This document shows positions 12,687 to 21,401 of a stretch of 64,000 nt of DNA, piece by piece. This stretch comes from an uncultured delta proteobacterium (GTDB taxonomy: Bacteria; Myxococcota_A; UBA9160; UBA4427): contig CAWGJT010000005.1 in the NCBI GenBank assembly GCA_963822965.1, positions 416,001 to 480,000 on the forward strand, in the 5' to 3' direction. Positions within the stretch are counted from its first letter, which is position 1. Every line of letters begins with the position of its first letter. The notes under the pieces are model-generated. The model saw only the letters and a program-made list of their open reading frames with translations, was not told where the DNA came from and searched no databases. Position numbers and translations under genes: made by a program.

Positions 12687-15050
12687 ATGCCGAAGCCGTA
12701 CGAGCGAGCGAGCCACCGCAACGCCGACGCCGCGACGATCGTCCTGGCCCTCCTCCTGACGAGCGGCCTCGTCTGCGTACGCCTCGGCCAGCCAGGCCGG
12801 CTCCCACCATCACGGCACACGGAGCGCGGAGCTTCGAGATCGAGGTGCTCTCGAGCCCGCCGGAGTACGTGAGCGGCGACGACGCCCGCGTCGCCATCGC
12901 CGTTCCGCGCAACGTGCCCGCTGCACAAGGTGCGCGTGCTGCTCGACGGCACGGACGTGACGGACTCCTTCTCGCCGGTACCCGGCGAGCGCACGCTCGA
13001 GGGCGTCGTCGACGGCCTCGCCCTGGGCGACAACCTGCTCGAGGTCGAGTCCAACGGCCGCGGCACGCGGTCGCCCCAGTCGCCTCCCTGGTGCTCACGA
13101 ACCATCCCGATCAGCGGCCCGATCTTCTCCGGCCCCCAGCAGGAGGTGTTCCTGTGCTCGGACGACGGCGACCGGGCGCAACGCCGAGCTCGGCCCCGCC
13201 CTCGACGAGGACTGCGCGGTCGAGACGGTGGTGTCGTTCAAGTACCGCACCCTGGGCGGCGCCTGGGCCGACTACGATCCCGCCGCGCCGCGGCCGGCGG
13301 ACATGAGCCAGACGACGACGATGGACGGCGACACCGTCGACTTCATCGTGCGCTGGGAGCGCGGGACGATCAACCGCTTCATCTACTCGATCGCCGTGCT
13401 CTCGCCGAACGCGCAGGACCCCGCCCAGCCGGACCTGTCGGCCTGGAACCGACGGCTCATCTACTACTTCCAGGGCGGCGTCGCGCATCGGCCACTACCA
13501 GGGCGACCCCAGCCGCTCCCGCATGCTCTACGACGCACGGGCTCTCCCTCGGGCTACGCGGTGGTCTACTCCACGGGCACAAGCACCGGGCACGCACTAC
13601 AACCTCGAGCTGGGCGGCGAGACGGCGATCATGGTGAAGGACCGCTTCGTCTCCGCCTACGCGAACCCCGACTACACCGTGGGCGTCGGCGGCTCGGGTG
13701 GCGGCATCCAGCAGTACGTCTACGCCCAGAACCACAAGGGCCTGATCGACGCCGGCATCCCCCAGTACTCGTACCCCGACATGATCACCCAGACGATCCA
13801 CGTCGGGGACTGCGAGCTGATCGAGCGCTGGATGGACGTCGAGGTGCTCGTTCGGGAACCCGAAGTGGGCCGACTGGGAGAACCGCACCGCTGATCGAGG
13901 GAATGAACGCGCTCAACGGCTTCCCGAACCCGTACCGGACCGCTGGTGCCCTTCCTGCCGCCGGGCTCGAGCGAGTGCGTGAACGGCTGGCGCGGCCTCT
14001 CGCCGCTCGTGCTGAACCCGCACTTCGGCACCGCACCCGGGCATCTCGCCGGCGGACCAGGTCGCCACCGAGTGGACCCACTACGCCGACGCCGTCAACG
14101 TCTACGGCCGTCGCGGCGGACGGCTATGCGGCCAGCACCTGGGACAACGTCGGCGTGCAGTACGGGCTGCGCCGCCCTCGTCGACGGCGACATCGGCAGC
14201 GACGAGTTCCTGGCGCTGAACGCGCAGGTGGGCTCCTGGAAGAACGAGCCGGACGACGTGCAGGAGGGCTGTCCCGTTCCTGTCCGTTCCTGTGCCCGCG
14301 CCCGGCGGACCTCGCCGGCCTGCCGCCCATTCCCGGACATCTATCCCAACCTGCTCGACCCGTGGAGCTGGCGCAACATGGCGCTCTCGCCCGACGGCGG
14401 GCTCACGCCGGCACCACGCAGGGAGGCCGACCCGGGCGCCATCGAGGCCGCCTACGAGCACGGGCTCGTGAACCGCGGCGACATCCAGATCCCGATGATC
14501 GACTGGCGCAACTACCTGGAGGCCGAGCTCGACATGCACAACTCGCATCAGTCGTTCGCCACCCGCCAGCGCTGCTCGACTACGACGGCGACGCCTCGAA
14601 CCAGGTGATCTGGTTCACCGACCAGCGCCTCTTCGACCAGACGCCGATGGCGTTCGAGGTGATCGACGAGTGGATGCGGAACATCCGGGCGCACCCGAAG
14701 CGCGGGCGTCGCCGGCAACAAGCCCGCCGCCGCCGTGGACAGCTGCTTCGACAGCGGCGGCAACCTGATCTACGCCGGCGCCGACGCCTGGAACGGCATC
14801 CTCGACGACGGCCCGCCGGGACCGTGCACGCAGCGTCATGCCGGTGTTCTCCACGTCGCGGATCGTCGCCGGCGCCCCGATCACCGGGACCGTCTTCAAG
14901 TGCCACCTGATCCCGGTGGACGAGGCGATCGCGCGGGGCTTCTACGGCGGCGTCGTCTTCGACGCGAGCCAGCGGGCGCGCCTCGACGCGATCTTCCCGA
15001 GCGGCGTCTGCGACTACGCCCAGGGAGACGCGCGGAGACCCGATCTGTAG
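12687..15050 (+). CDS. Large secreted DUF6351-like (tannase-like) hydrolase; heavily frameshifted
   Basis: [77 protein letters not shown]. Confidence 0.75.
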
Positions 15051-15102
15051 CGAGAGCGGGACGCCGCGGCGGGGGCGGTAGACTCCCGGGTGGGAGGCTC
15101 CC

Positions 15103-16902
15103 TTGAACCCGCCGCTGCGCGAGACCGCGCTCCACGTGCTGCGTGCCCGCTACCTGCAGCGGGACGACGCGGGCCGGGTCGTCGAGACCCCCGAGGAGCT
15201 GTTCCGGCGGGTGGCCGCTACGTGGCCGCCGTCGAGGAGCGCTTCGGCGGCGACGCGGCCCGGCTGGGAGACCCGCTTCTTCGAGGCGATGGCGTCAGCT
15301 CGAATTCCTGCCGAACTCGCCCACCCTGATGAACGCCGGCGGGCCGCTCGGCCAGCTCGCCGCCTGCTTCGTGCTGCCGGTGGAGGACTCCCTCGACAGC
15401 ATCTTCCAGGCGCTGCACGACGCCGCGTTGATCCAGCAGAGCGGCGGCGGCACCGGCTACGACTTCTCGCGTCTGCGAGCCTCGGGGCGACGGCGTCGTT
15501 CGGCCACCGGCGGCATCGCCAGCGGTCCCGTCTCGTTCATGCGGGTCTTCGACGCCAGCATCGAGACCATCCGCCAGGGCGGACGCCGGCGCGGGCGCCA
15601 ACATGGCGGTGCTCCACGCCTCGCATCCCGGACGTCGAGCTCTTCGTCGCCGCGAAGCGCGAGCCGGGCGTGCTCGTCGAACTTCAACCTGAGCGTCGCG
15701 ATTCCGGACGCCTTCGTGGAAGCCGTGCGGACCGGCCGTGCCTGGGAGCTGCGCAACCCCCGGGACGGAGCCCCGGTGCGACGCATCGACGCGAACGAGC
15801 TGCTCGACGCGATCGCGGCCAGCGCCTGGGAGACCGGCGACCCGGGGCTGGTCTTCCGCGACCGCATCAACCGCGACAACCCCACCCCGGAGCTCGGCGC
15901 GATCACGGCCACCAACCCGTGCGGCGAGGTCCCGCTGCTGCCCTACGAGGCGTGCATGCTGGGATCGATCGACGTCTCGAAGCACACCGGCCCGCGCGGC
16001 ATGGACTGGGAGCGGCTCGCCGCGATGCTGTCGCCCTCGGCGTCCGCTTCCTGGACGACTGCCTGGAGGCCAGCCGCTTCCCGGTGGCGCGCATCGGAGA
16101 GATCGTGCGGGCCAACCGCAAGATCGGGCTCGGCGTGATGGGCTTCGCGGACGCCCTCATCGAGCTGCGCATCCCGTACGACGGCGAAGGTGCGGCGCGC
16201 TTCGCCGAAGAGGTGATGGGATTCGTCTCGCGAAACGCCCGGGAAGCGTCGCAGGAGCTGGCCCGGGAGCGCGGCGCGTTCCCGAACTTCCCGGGCAGCC
16301 GGCCCCAGCGTGAGGGACGGCCGCCCCTGCGCAACGCCACCGTCACGGCCATCGCGCCCACCGGCACCCTCTCGCTGATCGCCGGCTGCTCGAGCGGCAT
16401 CGAGCCCCTCTTCGCCCTCGCCTACGAGCGACACCTGCTCGACGGCGAGCGCGTCGTCGAGATCCACCCGCGGCTCGAACGCGCCCTGGAGGAGGCGCCG
16501 GGCCTGCCCGCGGAGCTGCGTCACCAGGCGATCCACCACGGCAGCTTCGAAGGCCTGCCCGGGGTTCCGCGCGAGCTGGCGCGGATCTTCCGGACGGCGC
16601 GGGAGATCCCGCCGGAGCGGCATCTGCAGATCCAGGCGGCCTTCCAGCGACACGTGGACAACGCGGTGTCCAAGACGATCAACCTGCCGCACGACGCCAC
16701 GCCCCGGGACGTGCGCGCCGCCTACGAGCGCGCCTACGAGCTCGGCTGCAAGGGAATCACCGTCTATCGCGAGGGCAGCGCGCGCGGTGCCGTGCTGGAG
16801 CGGCTCGACGCCGCCGACGGCGCCTGCCCGGAATGCGGCGCGCGCCTTCGCTTCGCCGAGGCGATCGCCCAGTGCCGCACCTGCGGCCTCGAGAATCCCT
16901 GA
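15103..16902 (+). CDS. nrdJ: Adenosylcobalamin-dependent (class II) ribonucleotide reductase with C-terminal Zn ribbon (NrdJ/NrdZ-like); frameshifted
   Basis: FLPNSPTLMNAG, QLAACFV, GGGTGYDFS, TNPCGEVPL, RKIGLGVMG, IAPTGTLS, VDNAVSKTIN, KGITVYR, CPECG...CRTCG. Confidence 0.92.
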   Translation: MNPPLRETALHVLRARYLQRDDAGRVVETPEELFRRVAATWPPSRSASAATRPGWETRFFEAMASARIPAELAHPDERRRAARPARRLLRAAGGGLPRQHLPGAARRRVDPAERRRHRLRLLASASLGATASFGHRRHRQRSRLVHAGLRRQHRDHPPGRTPARAPTWRCSTPRIPDVELFVAAKREPGVLVELQPERRDSGRLRGSRADRPCLGAAQPPGRSPGATHRRERAARRDRGQRLGDRRPGAGLPRPHQPRQPHPGARRDHGHQPVRRGPAAALRGVHAGIDRRLEAHRPARHGLGAARRDAVALGVRFLDDCLEASRFPVARIGEIVRANRKIGLGVMGFADALIELRIPYDGEGAARFAEEVMGFVSRNAREASQELARERGAFPNFPGSRPQREGRPPLRNATVTAIAPTGTLSLIAGCSSGIEPLFALAYERHLLDGERVVEIHPRLERALEEAPGLPAELRHQAIHHGSFEGLPGVPRELARIFRTAREIPPERHLQIQAAFQRHVDNAVSKTINLPHDATPRDVRAAYERAYELGCKGITVYREGSARGAVLERLDAADGACPECGARLRFAEAIAQCRTCGLENP

Positions 16903-16924
16903 CCCGGTGCGCGGCGCCTCCCAA

Positions 16925-16949
16925 GAGGACAACGCTCAGCGTTGTCCTC
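16925..16949. terminator. Perfect 12-bp inverted repeat downstream of nrdJ (terminator-like or operator)
   Basis: GAGGACAACGCT-C-AGCGTTGTCCTC. Confidence 0.45.
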
Positions 16950-16989
16950 GGGTTGCAAGTCAGCGCCCCAGCGGAGCCCTGACCGCTCA

Positions 16990-17148
16990 GGGCCTGTGAA
17001 AGAATCCTCGACCGAGTCAGGCGCTGCGCCGGTGGGTCGGATGGAAGGCGCGACGACGAGGCGTAGCGTGCCTACGGCGAGGAGGAGCAACGCCGCAGAC
17101 GGCCCGCCGCCGCAAGCCTGGCGACCGAGAGGATTCCTTCACAGGCTC
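16990..17148. mobile_element. MITE-like hairpin element A
   Basis: TIRs GGGCCTGTGAAAGAATCCTC / GAGGATTCCTTCACAGGCTC (18/20 match); TCA on both sides (16987-89, 17149-51); the right TCA is the amrS stop codon. Confidence 0.8.
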
Positions 17149-18246
17149 TCAGGCGCCGTCCATGTTCACGCCGGCGATCGCGTGCCCGCAGGCCGGACAG
17201 CGCCCGTCGCGCACCCGGTTCTCCACCAGCCGCAGCCCCTGGCGCTCGATCAGGCAGTCGCCGCAGCCGGGACAGAACGTGCTCTCGCCGGCCGCACCCG
17301 GAACGTTGCCCACGTACACGTAGGCGAGTCCCTCCCGCTCACCGATCTCGCGCGCCCGCTCGAGGGTCGCCACCGGGGTGGGAGGACGGTCGAGCATCTT
17401 GTAGGCCGGGTAGAACTGCGAGACGTGCCAGGGAATCTCGGGATCGACGGAGCGGACGAAGCGCGCGATGTCCCGTAGCTCCTCGTCGGAGTCGTTCAGC
17501 CCGGGAACCACGAGGGTCGTCACCTCGATCCACACCCCGAGCTCGTGATAGAGACGGATCGCGGCCAGGATGGGCTCGAGGCGCACCCGACTGATCCGCC
17601 GATAGCTCTCGTCCCGGAAGAACTTCAGGTCGACGTTCGCCGCGTCGAGCACGGGAGCGAGCTTCCGCTGGGCGGGCTCGCTGATGTAGCCGTTGGTGAC
17701 GAACACGTTGCGGAGCCCCTGCTGCCGCGCGAGCACGGCGGTGTCGTAGGCCAGCTCGAAGAAGATCGTGGGCTCGGTGTACGTGTAGGCGATGCACGAG
17801 GCCCCGGAGGCCGCGGCCTCCTTCACGAGGTCGGCCGGGGTGGCGGGCTCGCCGGGCATCTCGTCGGTCAGCCGCTCGAGCTCGGGGCAGCCGATCCCCG
17901 GCTCGTCGTCCGTCGCCCATTCGAGCTTGCGGGGCAGGTTCTCGCGCCCCCACTGGGAGATGTCCCAGTTCTGGCAGAAGCTGCAGCGCAGGTTGCAGCC
18001 CACCGTCGCGAACGAGTAGGCGACCGAGCCGGGCAGGAAGTGGAAGAGGGGCTTCTTCTCCACCGGCTCCACGTGGCGCGCGATGACGCGGTCGTAGACC
18101 AGGGTGTAGAGCTTCCCGTGACGGTTGACGCGGACGCCGCAGGCGCCCTTCACACCGTCCGCGATCACGCACTCGTGCGGACACAGCGTGCAGCGCACCC
18201 GCCGGTCGGGCAGGGATTCCTGGAACGAGGCTTCGTGAAGGCTCAT
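17149..18246 (-). CDS. amrS: AmmeMemoRadiSam system radical SAM enzyme
   Basis: CTLCPHEC, PVEKKPLFHFLPGS, GCNLRCSFCQNWDISQ (CxxxCxxC), IAYTYTEPTIFFE, YVYVGNV, TFCPGCG. Confidence 0.93.
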   Translation of the reverse strand: MSLHEASFQESLPDRRVRCTLCPHECVIADGVKGACGVRVNRHGKLYTLVYDRVIARHVEPVEKKPLFHFLPGSVAYSFATVGCNLRCSFCQNWDISQWGRENLPRKLEWATDDEPGIGCPELERLTDEMPGEPATPADLVKEAAASGASCIAYTYTEPTIFFELAYDTAVLARQQGLRNVFVTNGYISEPAQRKLAPVLDAANVDLKFFRDESYRRISRVRLEPILAAIRLYHELGVWIEVTTLVVPGLNDSDEELRDIARFVRSVDPEIPWHVSQFYPAYKMLDRPPTPVATLERAREIGEREGLAYVYVGNVPGAAGESTFCPGCGDCLIERQGLRLVENRVRDGRCPACGHAIAGVNMDGA

Positions 18247-18265
18247 GGACTCCCTCCCGAGACCC

Positions 18266-19459
18266 TCACGCCGGCGCGGGGGGCTTCGGACCGACGATCT
18301 CCTTCCACAGCTCGGGCAGCCGCGCGCACTGCTCGGCGACGAGGCGTTCGGCCTCGGCCCGTAGGTCGTGCGGGATCGCTGCTTCGGTATCGAGACGCAG
18401 GCTCGCGATCTGGGGCTCGCTGACCGGCGCCCCGATGCGGCTCACGAGCACGCACTCTGCAGCGCGCACGCCCGGCAGCGCCGCGCACGAGCGGGCGGCA
18501 CGGTCGGCGGCCAGCGACAGGAGCTTGCCTACGTGGGTGGCCGGATTCTTGCCCGCGTACGCCTCCAGGGTCATGGCGCGCATCGGGGTGATGAGACCCG
18601 TCTGGCGGTTGCCGCGCCCCACCTGGCCGTCGTCGCCGCACTCCGCCGAGGTGCCGGTGAGGGTGAGATAGGGGGAGCGCCCCTCGTCGTCGGCGGCGTT
18701 CACGTCCACACGCGGGCGCTCGAAGCCCGCGGCGTGGGCCTCGGCGAGCGCCATCGCGCGAACGGATTCGGTGGCCGCGAGGTAGGCGGCCCGGTCGCGG
18801 AGCACCGGAGCCAGGGTCGCCACCGCCAGCGTGAGCTGCAGGGCGTCGCCGTCGCGCACCGCCATGACCTTGGCATCCTCGCCCAGGGCCGAATCTCCGG
18901 ACGCCATCGAGGCGAGGCGCGCGGCCACCGACCGGGTCAACGCCTCCACCGGGCTGGCGGGCGCGAAGCCCACGCCGATGCTGGTGTCCCCCGCGAGCGG
19001 CAGCGCGTGTGCGGACTCCTCGAAGACCTGCTGCAGCTCCGGCGCCCCGGCGTTCACGGCCACCTCCAGCACGAGCTGCCGGGGGTCGCCCGGGTCGAGA
19101 TGGCGAACCGCGGAGAACGCCTCCTCGGCCGCGGCTCGGGCGATCGCCTCGACGTCCAGCGGGCGGCCTCCCGCCTCCAGCGTCGCGCGACCCGCGAGCA
19201 CGAGTCGGATGGGCGCGAGGAAGCGTCCCCCACCGAAGTGCGACTCGGTCCGCCCCGCCACCAGCAGCGCCTTGTCGACGTTGTGGTGCAGGATGCGCCC
19301 GGCCGCGTCGAGGTAGGCGTGGCAGAGCCGGCGCGAGAACGCCTCGGCAGCCGCGTCGCACAGGGTGTCCGGGTGCCCCGGTCCCTTGCGCTCCACCACC
19401 TCCACCCGCCGCAGGCCCGGATCGAGGACGGCGCGCTCGACGGCGACCTGCAGGCTCAC
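18266..19459 (-). CDS. mat: Archaeal-type S-adenosylmethionine synthetase (methionine adenosyltransferase)
   Basis: VEVVERKGPGHPDTLCD, ILHHNVDK, GDTSIGVGFAP, GEDAKVM, YLTLTGTSAECGDDGQVGRGNR, EAYAGKNP, SRIGAPV. Confidence 0.92.
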   Translation of the reverse strand: MSLQVAVERAVLDPGLRRVEVVERKGPGHPDTLCDAAAEAFSRRLCHAYLDAAGRILHHNVDKALLVAGRTESHFGGGRFLAPIRLVLAGRATLEAGGRPLDVEAIARAAAEEAFSAVRHLDPGDPRQLVLEVAVNAGAPELQQVFEESAHALPLAGDTSIGVGFAPASPVEALTRSVAARLASMASGDSALGEDAKVMAVRDGDALQLTLAVATLAPVLRDRAAYLAATESVRAMALAEAHAAGFERPRVDVNAADDEGRSPYLTLTGTSAECGDDGQVGRGNRQTGLITPMRAMTLEAYAGKNPATHVGKLLSLAADRAARSCAALPGVRAAECVLVSRIGAPVSEPQIASLRLDTEAAIPHDLRAEAERLVAEQCARLPELWKEIVGPKPPAPA

Positions 19460-19998
19460 GGCGCCGGCGCGTCCACCGGAGCCGGATACACGACCGTCGC
19501 CTGCAGGCCTTCGCGTCCGGCCTCGAGGTTGAGCGCCACCCGGTGGCCCTCGGCCAGCTGCTCGAAGTGCAGCCCGTGCTTCACGGCGTTGCGGTGGAAG
19601 TACACGCTCTCGCCGCCGTCCGTGAGGATGAAGCCGTGATCGTTCTCCGGCACCAGGCGATCCACGATGCCGAGCTCGGGCGGCTCGGGAGCCGATTCCG
19701 CCCGCTTCGTGCGCCGCCGGCCCCGGAGGTTCCGGACCTCTCGCTCGAACACGTCGAGCGCCTCGTCCAGGGCGCGGCCCACCTCGTCCCGGGTGCGCGC
19801 GGCGACGATCTCCTTGCCGCGCACCTGCGCGGTGATGCGGGCCTCCTGGTTTCCCAGGCGGTGATGCCCGGTGGTCCGCGCCGTCAAGCGCACGTCGATC
19901 AGGTCCTGATGGCCCTCGGCGAGCGAGCGAACGCGCTGCTCGATGGCCTCCTTCACGTCCGCGCGCAGGTCGTCGAAATCGACCCAGTGGATCTCCAT
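19456..19998 (-). CDS. HPF/RaiA-family ribosome hibernation domain fused to a cold-shock domain
   Basis: N-terminal S30AE-like pattern (AIEQRV...HHRLG...ALDEALDVFEREV); C-terminal GIVDRL..DHGFILTDGGESVYFHRNAV..GLQATVV. Confidence 0.85.
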   Translation of the reverse strand: MEIHWVDFDDLRADVKEAIEQRVRSLAEGHQDLIDVRLTARTTGHHRLGNQEARITAQVRGKEIVAARTRDEVGRALDEALDVFEREVRNLRGRRRTKRAESAPEPPELGIVDRLVPENDHGFILTDGGESVYFHRNAVKHGLHFEQLAEGHRVALNLEAGREGLQATVVYPAPVDAPAP

Positions 19999-20096
19999 GG
20001 TGACGTCCTTCCTCCTCGTCTCTGTCTCGCTCACGTTCTCGTTCATTCTCTTTCGCTCGTCGTCTCTCGACTTGCGGCCGCCCGCCGCAGCCCTCG

Positions 20097-20894
20097 CTAG
20101 CGGTTGGCTTCCGCCTCGCGCCCGCAGCGGATGCAGACGTTGGTTCCCGGCAGCGCCCGCAGCCTCGCTTCGGCGATCCGCTCGCCGCACGTCTCGCAGA
20201 TGGACAGCTCGCCCCGGCGCTGACGCTCGAGCGCGTGCTCGATGGCCTTCAGGCGCCGCGAGGCGAGCTCGGCGAGCTGCTCGGTCAGGTAGCCCGCCTC
20301 GAGATCGCTCCCAAGCTCGGCCTCGTCCAGCGGAGTTCCCCGCTCCGTCGCGACGATCTCCTGCTCCCGGCTCTCGTAGGCCGCGAGACGGCCGGCCAGG
20401 TAGCTTCGCTCGTTCGCGAGCGCCGTCGGCAGGTCCACCGGCTCGGGCGCCCGCTCCCCGCGCCGCTCGGACCACAGCACGGTGACGAGCGCCTGCAGCA
20501 GATCCGTCTCGGTGATGATGCCGTCGAGACGGCCCTGCTCGTCCACCACGGGCAGGCAGCCGAAGCGACCGTCGGCCATGCGCTGGGCCGCATCCTCGAG
20601 CGGCGCGTCGTAGCGGATCGTCACCGGCCCGTAGGTCATCACCTCGCCGACCGCGAGGTCGGGCAGGCTGCGACGCTCGTCGACGGGAAGCGGCGCCCGC
20701 AGGCTCACCGGAATCGGTAGGGCCGCGCGCAGGTCGTCGAACGACAGCACGCCGCACACCCGCCCTTCCCCGTCCACCACGGGCAGGTGGCGGATGGCGT
20801 GATCGATCATCAGGTCCAGCGCCGCGAGCGCCGAAGCCTCGGGCTCGATGGAAACGGGCTCCCCCGTCATGAAGGCCTTCACATCGACATCCAC
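20097..20894 (-). CDS. CBS-pair protein fused to a TraR/DksA C4 zinc-finger coiled coil
   Basis: IRHLPVVD..CGVLSFDDL, GCLPVVD..DGIITETDLL; C-terminal LKAIEHALER..GICETCGERIAEARLRALPGTNVCIRC-type finger. Confidence 0.88.
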   Translation of the reverse strand: MDVDVKAFMTGEPVSIEPEASALAALDLMIDHAIRHLPVVDGEGRVCGVLSFDDLRAALPIPVSLRAPLPVDERRSLPDLAVGEVMTYGPVTIRYDAPLEDAAQRMADGRFGCLPVVDEQGRLDGIITETDLLQALVTVLWSERRGERAPEPVDLPTALANERSYLAGRLAAYESREQEIVATERGTPLDEAELGSDLEAGYLTEQLAELASRRLKAIEHALERQRRGELSICETCGERIAEARLRALPGTNVCIRCGREAEANR

Positions 20895-20966
20895 GTTCGT
20901 CTCCTCGTCTCTTCTCGCGTCTCGCTCGTCTTCTCTCGGCTCTTCGAGCCCGTTCTGCTCCGCTCG

Positions 20967-21401
20967 TCACACGTCGAGGGTGACGCCGATCTCCCAACCG
21001 TCCGCGCGCGGCGCCACGCGCAGCCCGTGGGCGGTCGCTGCCTTCACGTCGGCGGCGCGCCGATGACGATCGGGATCGAGCGCTTCCCCCACCAGCCGCG
21101 CCTGCAGCGACGCGCGTCCTTCGCCCTGCACGATGCGCGTCTCCGCGGCCCGCAGGAGCCAGCCCCGGGCGTCGCGCAGGAAGACGAGCTCGTTCAGGAA
21201 CGCCAGCAGCAGCAGCTCGAGATCCGGCTCTTCGAGCTCGACGCGCCACTCGAGACGCGCCTCGACGGCGTCGGGATTGGCCACCGTCACGGCGAGCAGC
21301 GCGTCGGCGGCGGCCGCGAAGGCGGACTCCGCCGTCGCGCCCCGGGCCACGAAGGCCAGGTCGCTGGTGACGTCGTCGAGGAACTCGATCCGCTCGCTCA
21401 T
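20967..21401 (-). CDS. Archease (RtcB activator)
   Basis: IEFLDDVTSDL, LLLAFLNELVF, DVKAATAHGLRV, terminal VTLDV. Confidence 0.92.
   Translation of the reverse strand: MSERIEFLDDVTSDLAFVARGATAESAFAAAADALLAVTVANPDAVEARLEWRVELEEPDLELLLLAFLNELVFLRDARGWLLRAAETRIVQGEGRASLQARLVGEALDPDRHRRAADVKAATAHGLRVAPRADGWEIGVTLDV

Noticed and set aside
7762..12759. 1665-aa ORF as a giant fusion protein
   Set aside because: It is a chimera of an off-frame Arg-rich stretch, dapL and part of the YfhO-like gene, produced by frameshifts and stop-poor GC-rich DNA.
16925..16949. NrdR box near nrdJ
   Set aside because: The palindrome is downstream of the gene and does not resemble the NrdR consensus; no NrdR box or cobalamin riboswitch was recognisable upstream.
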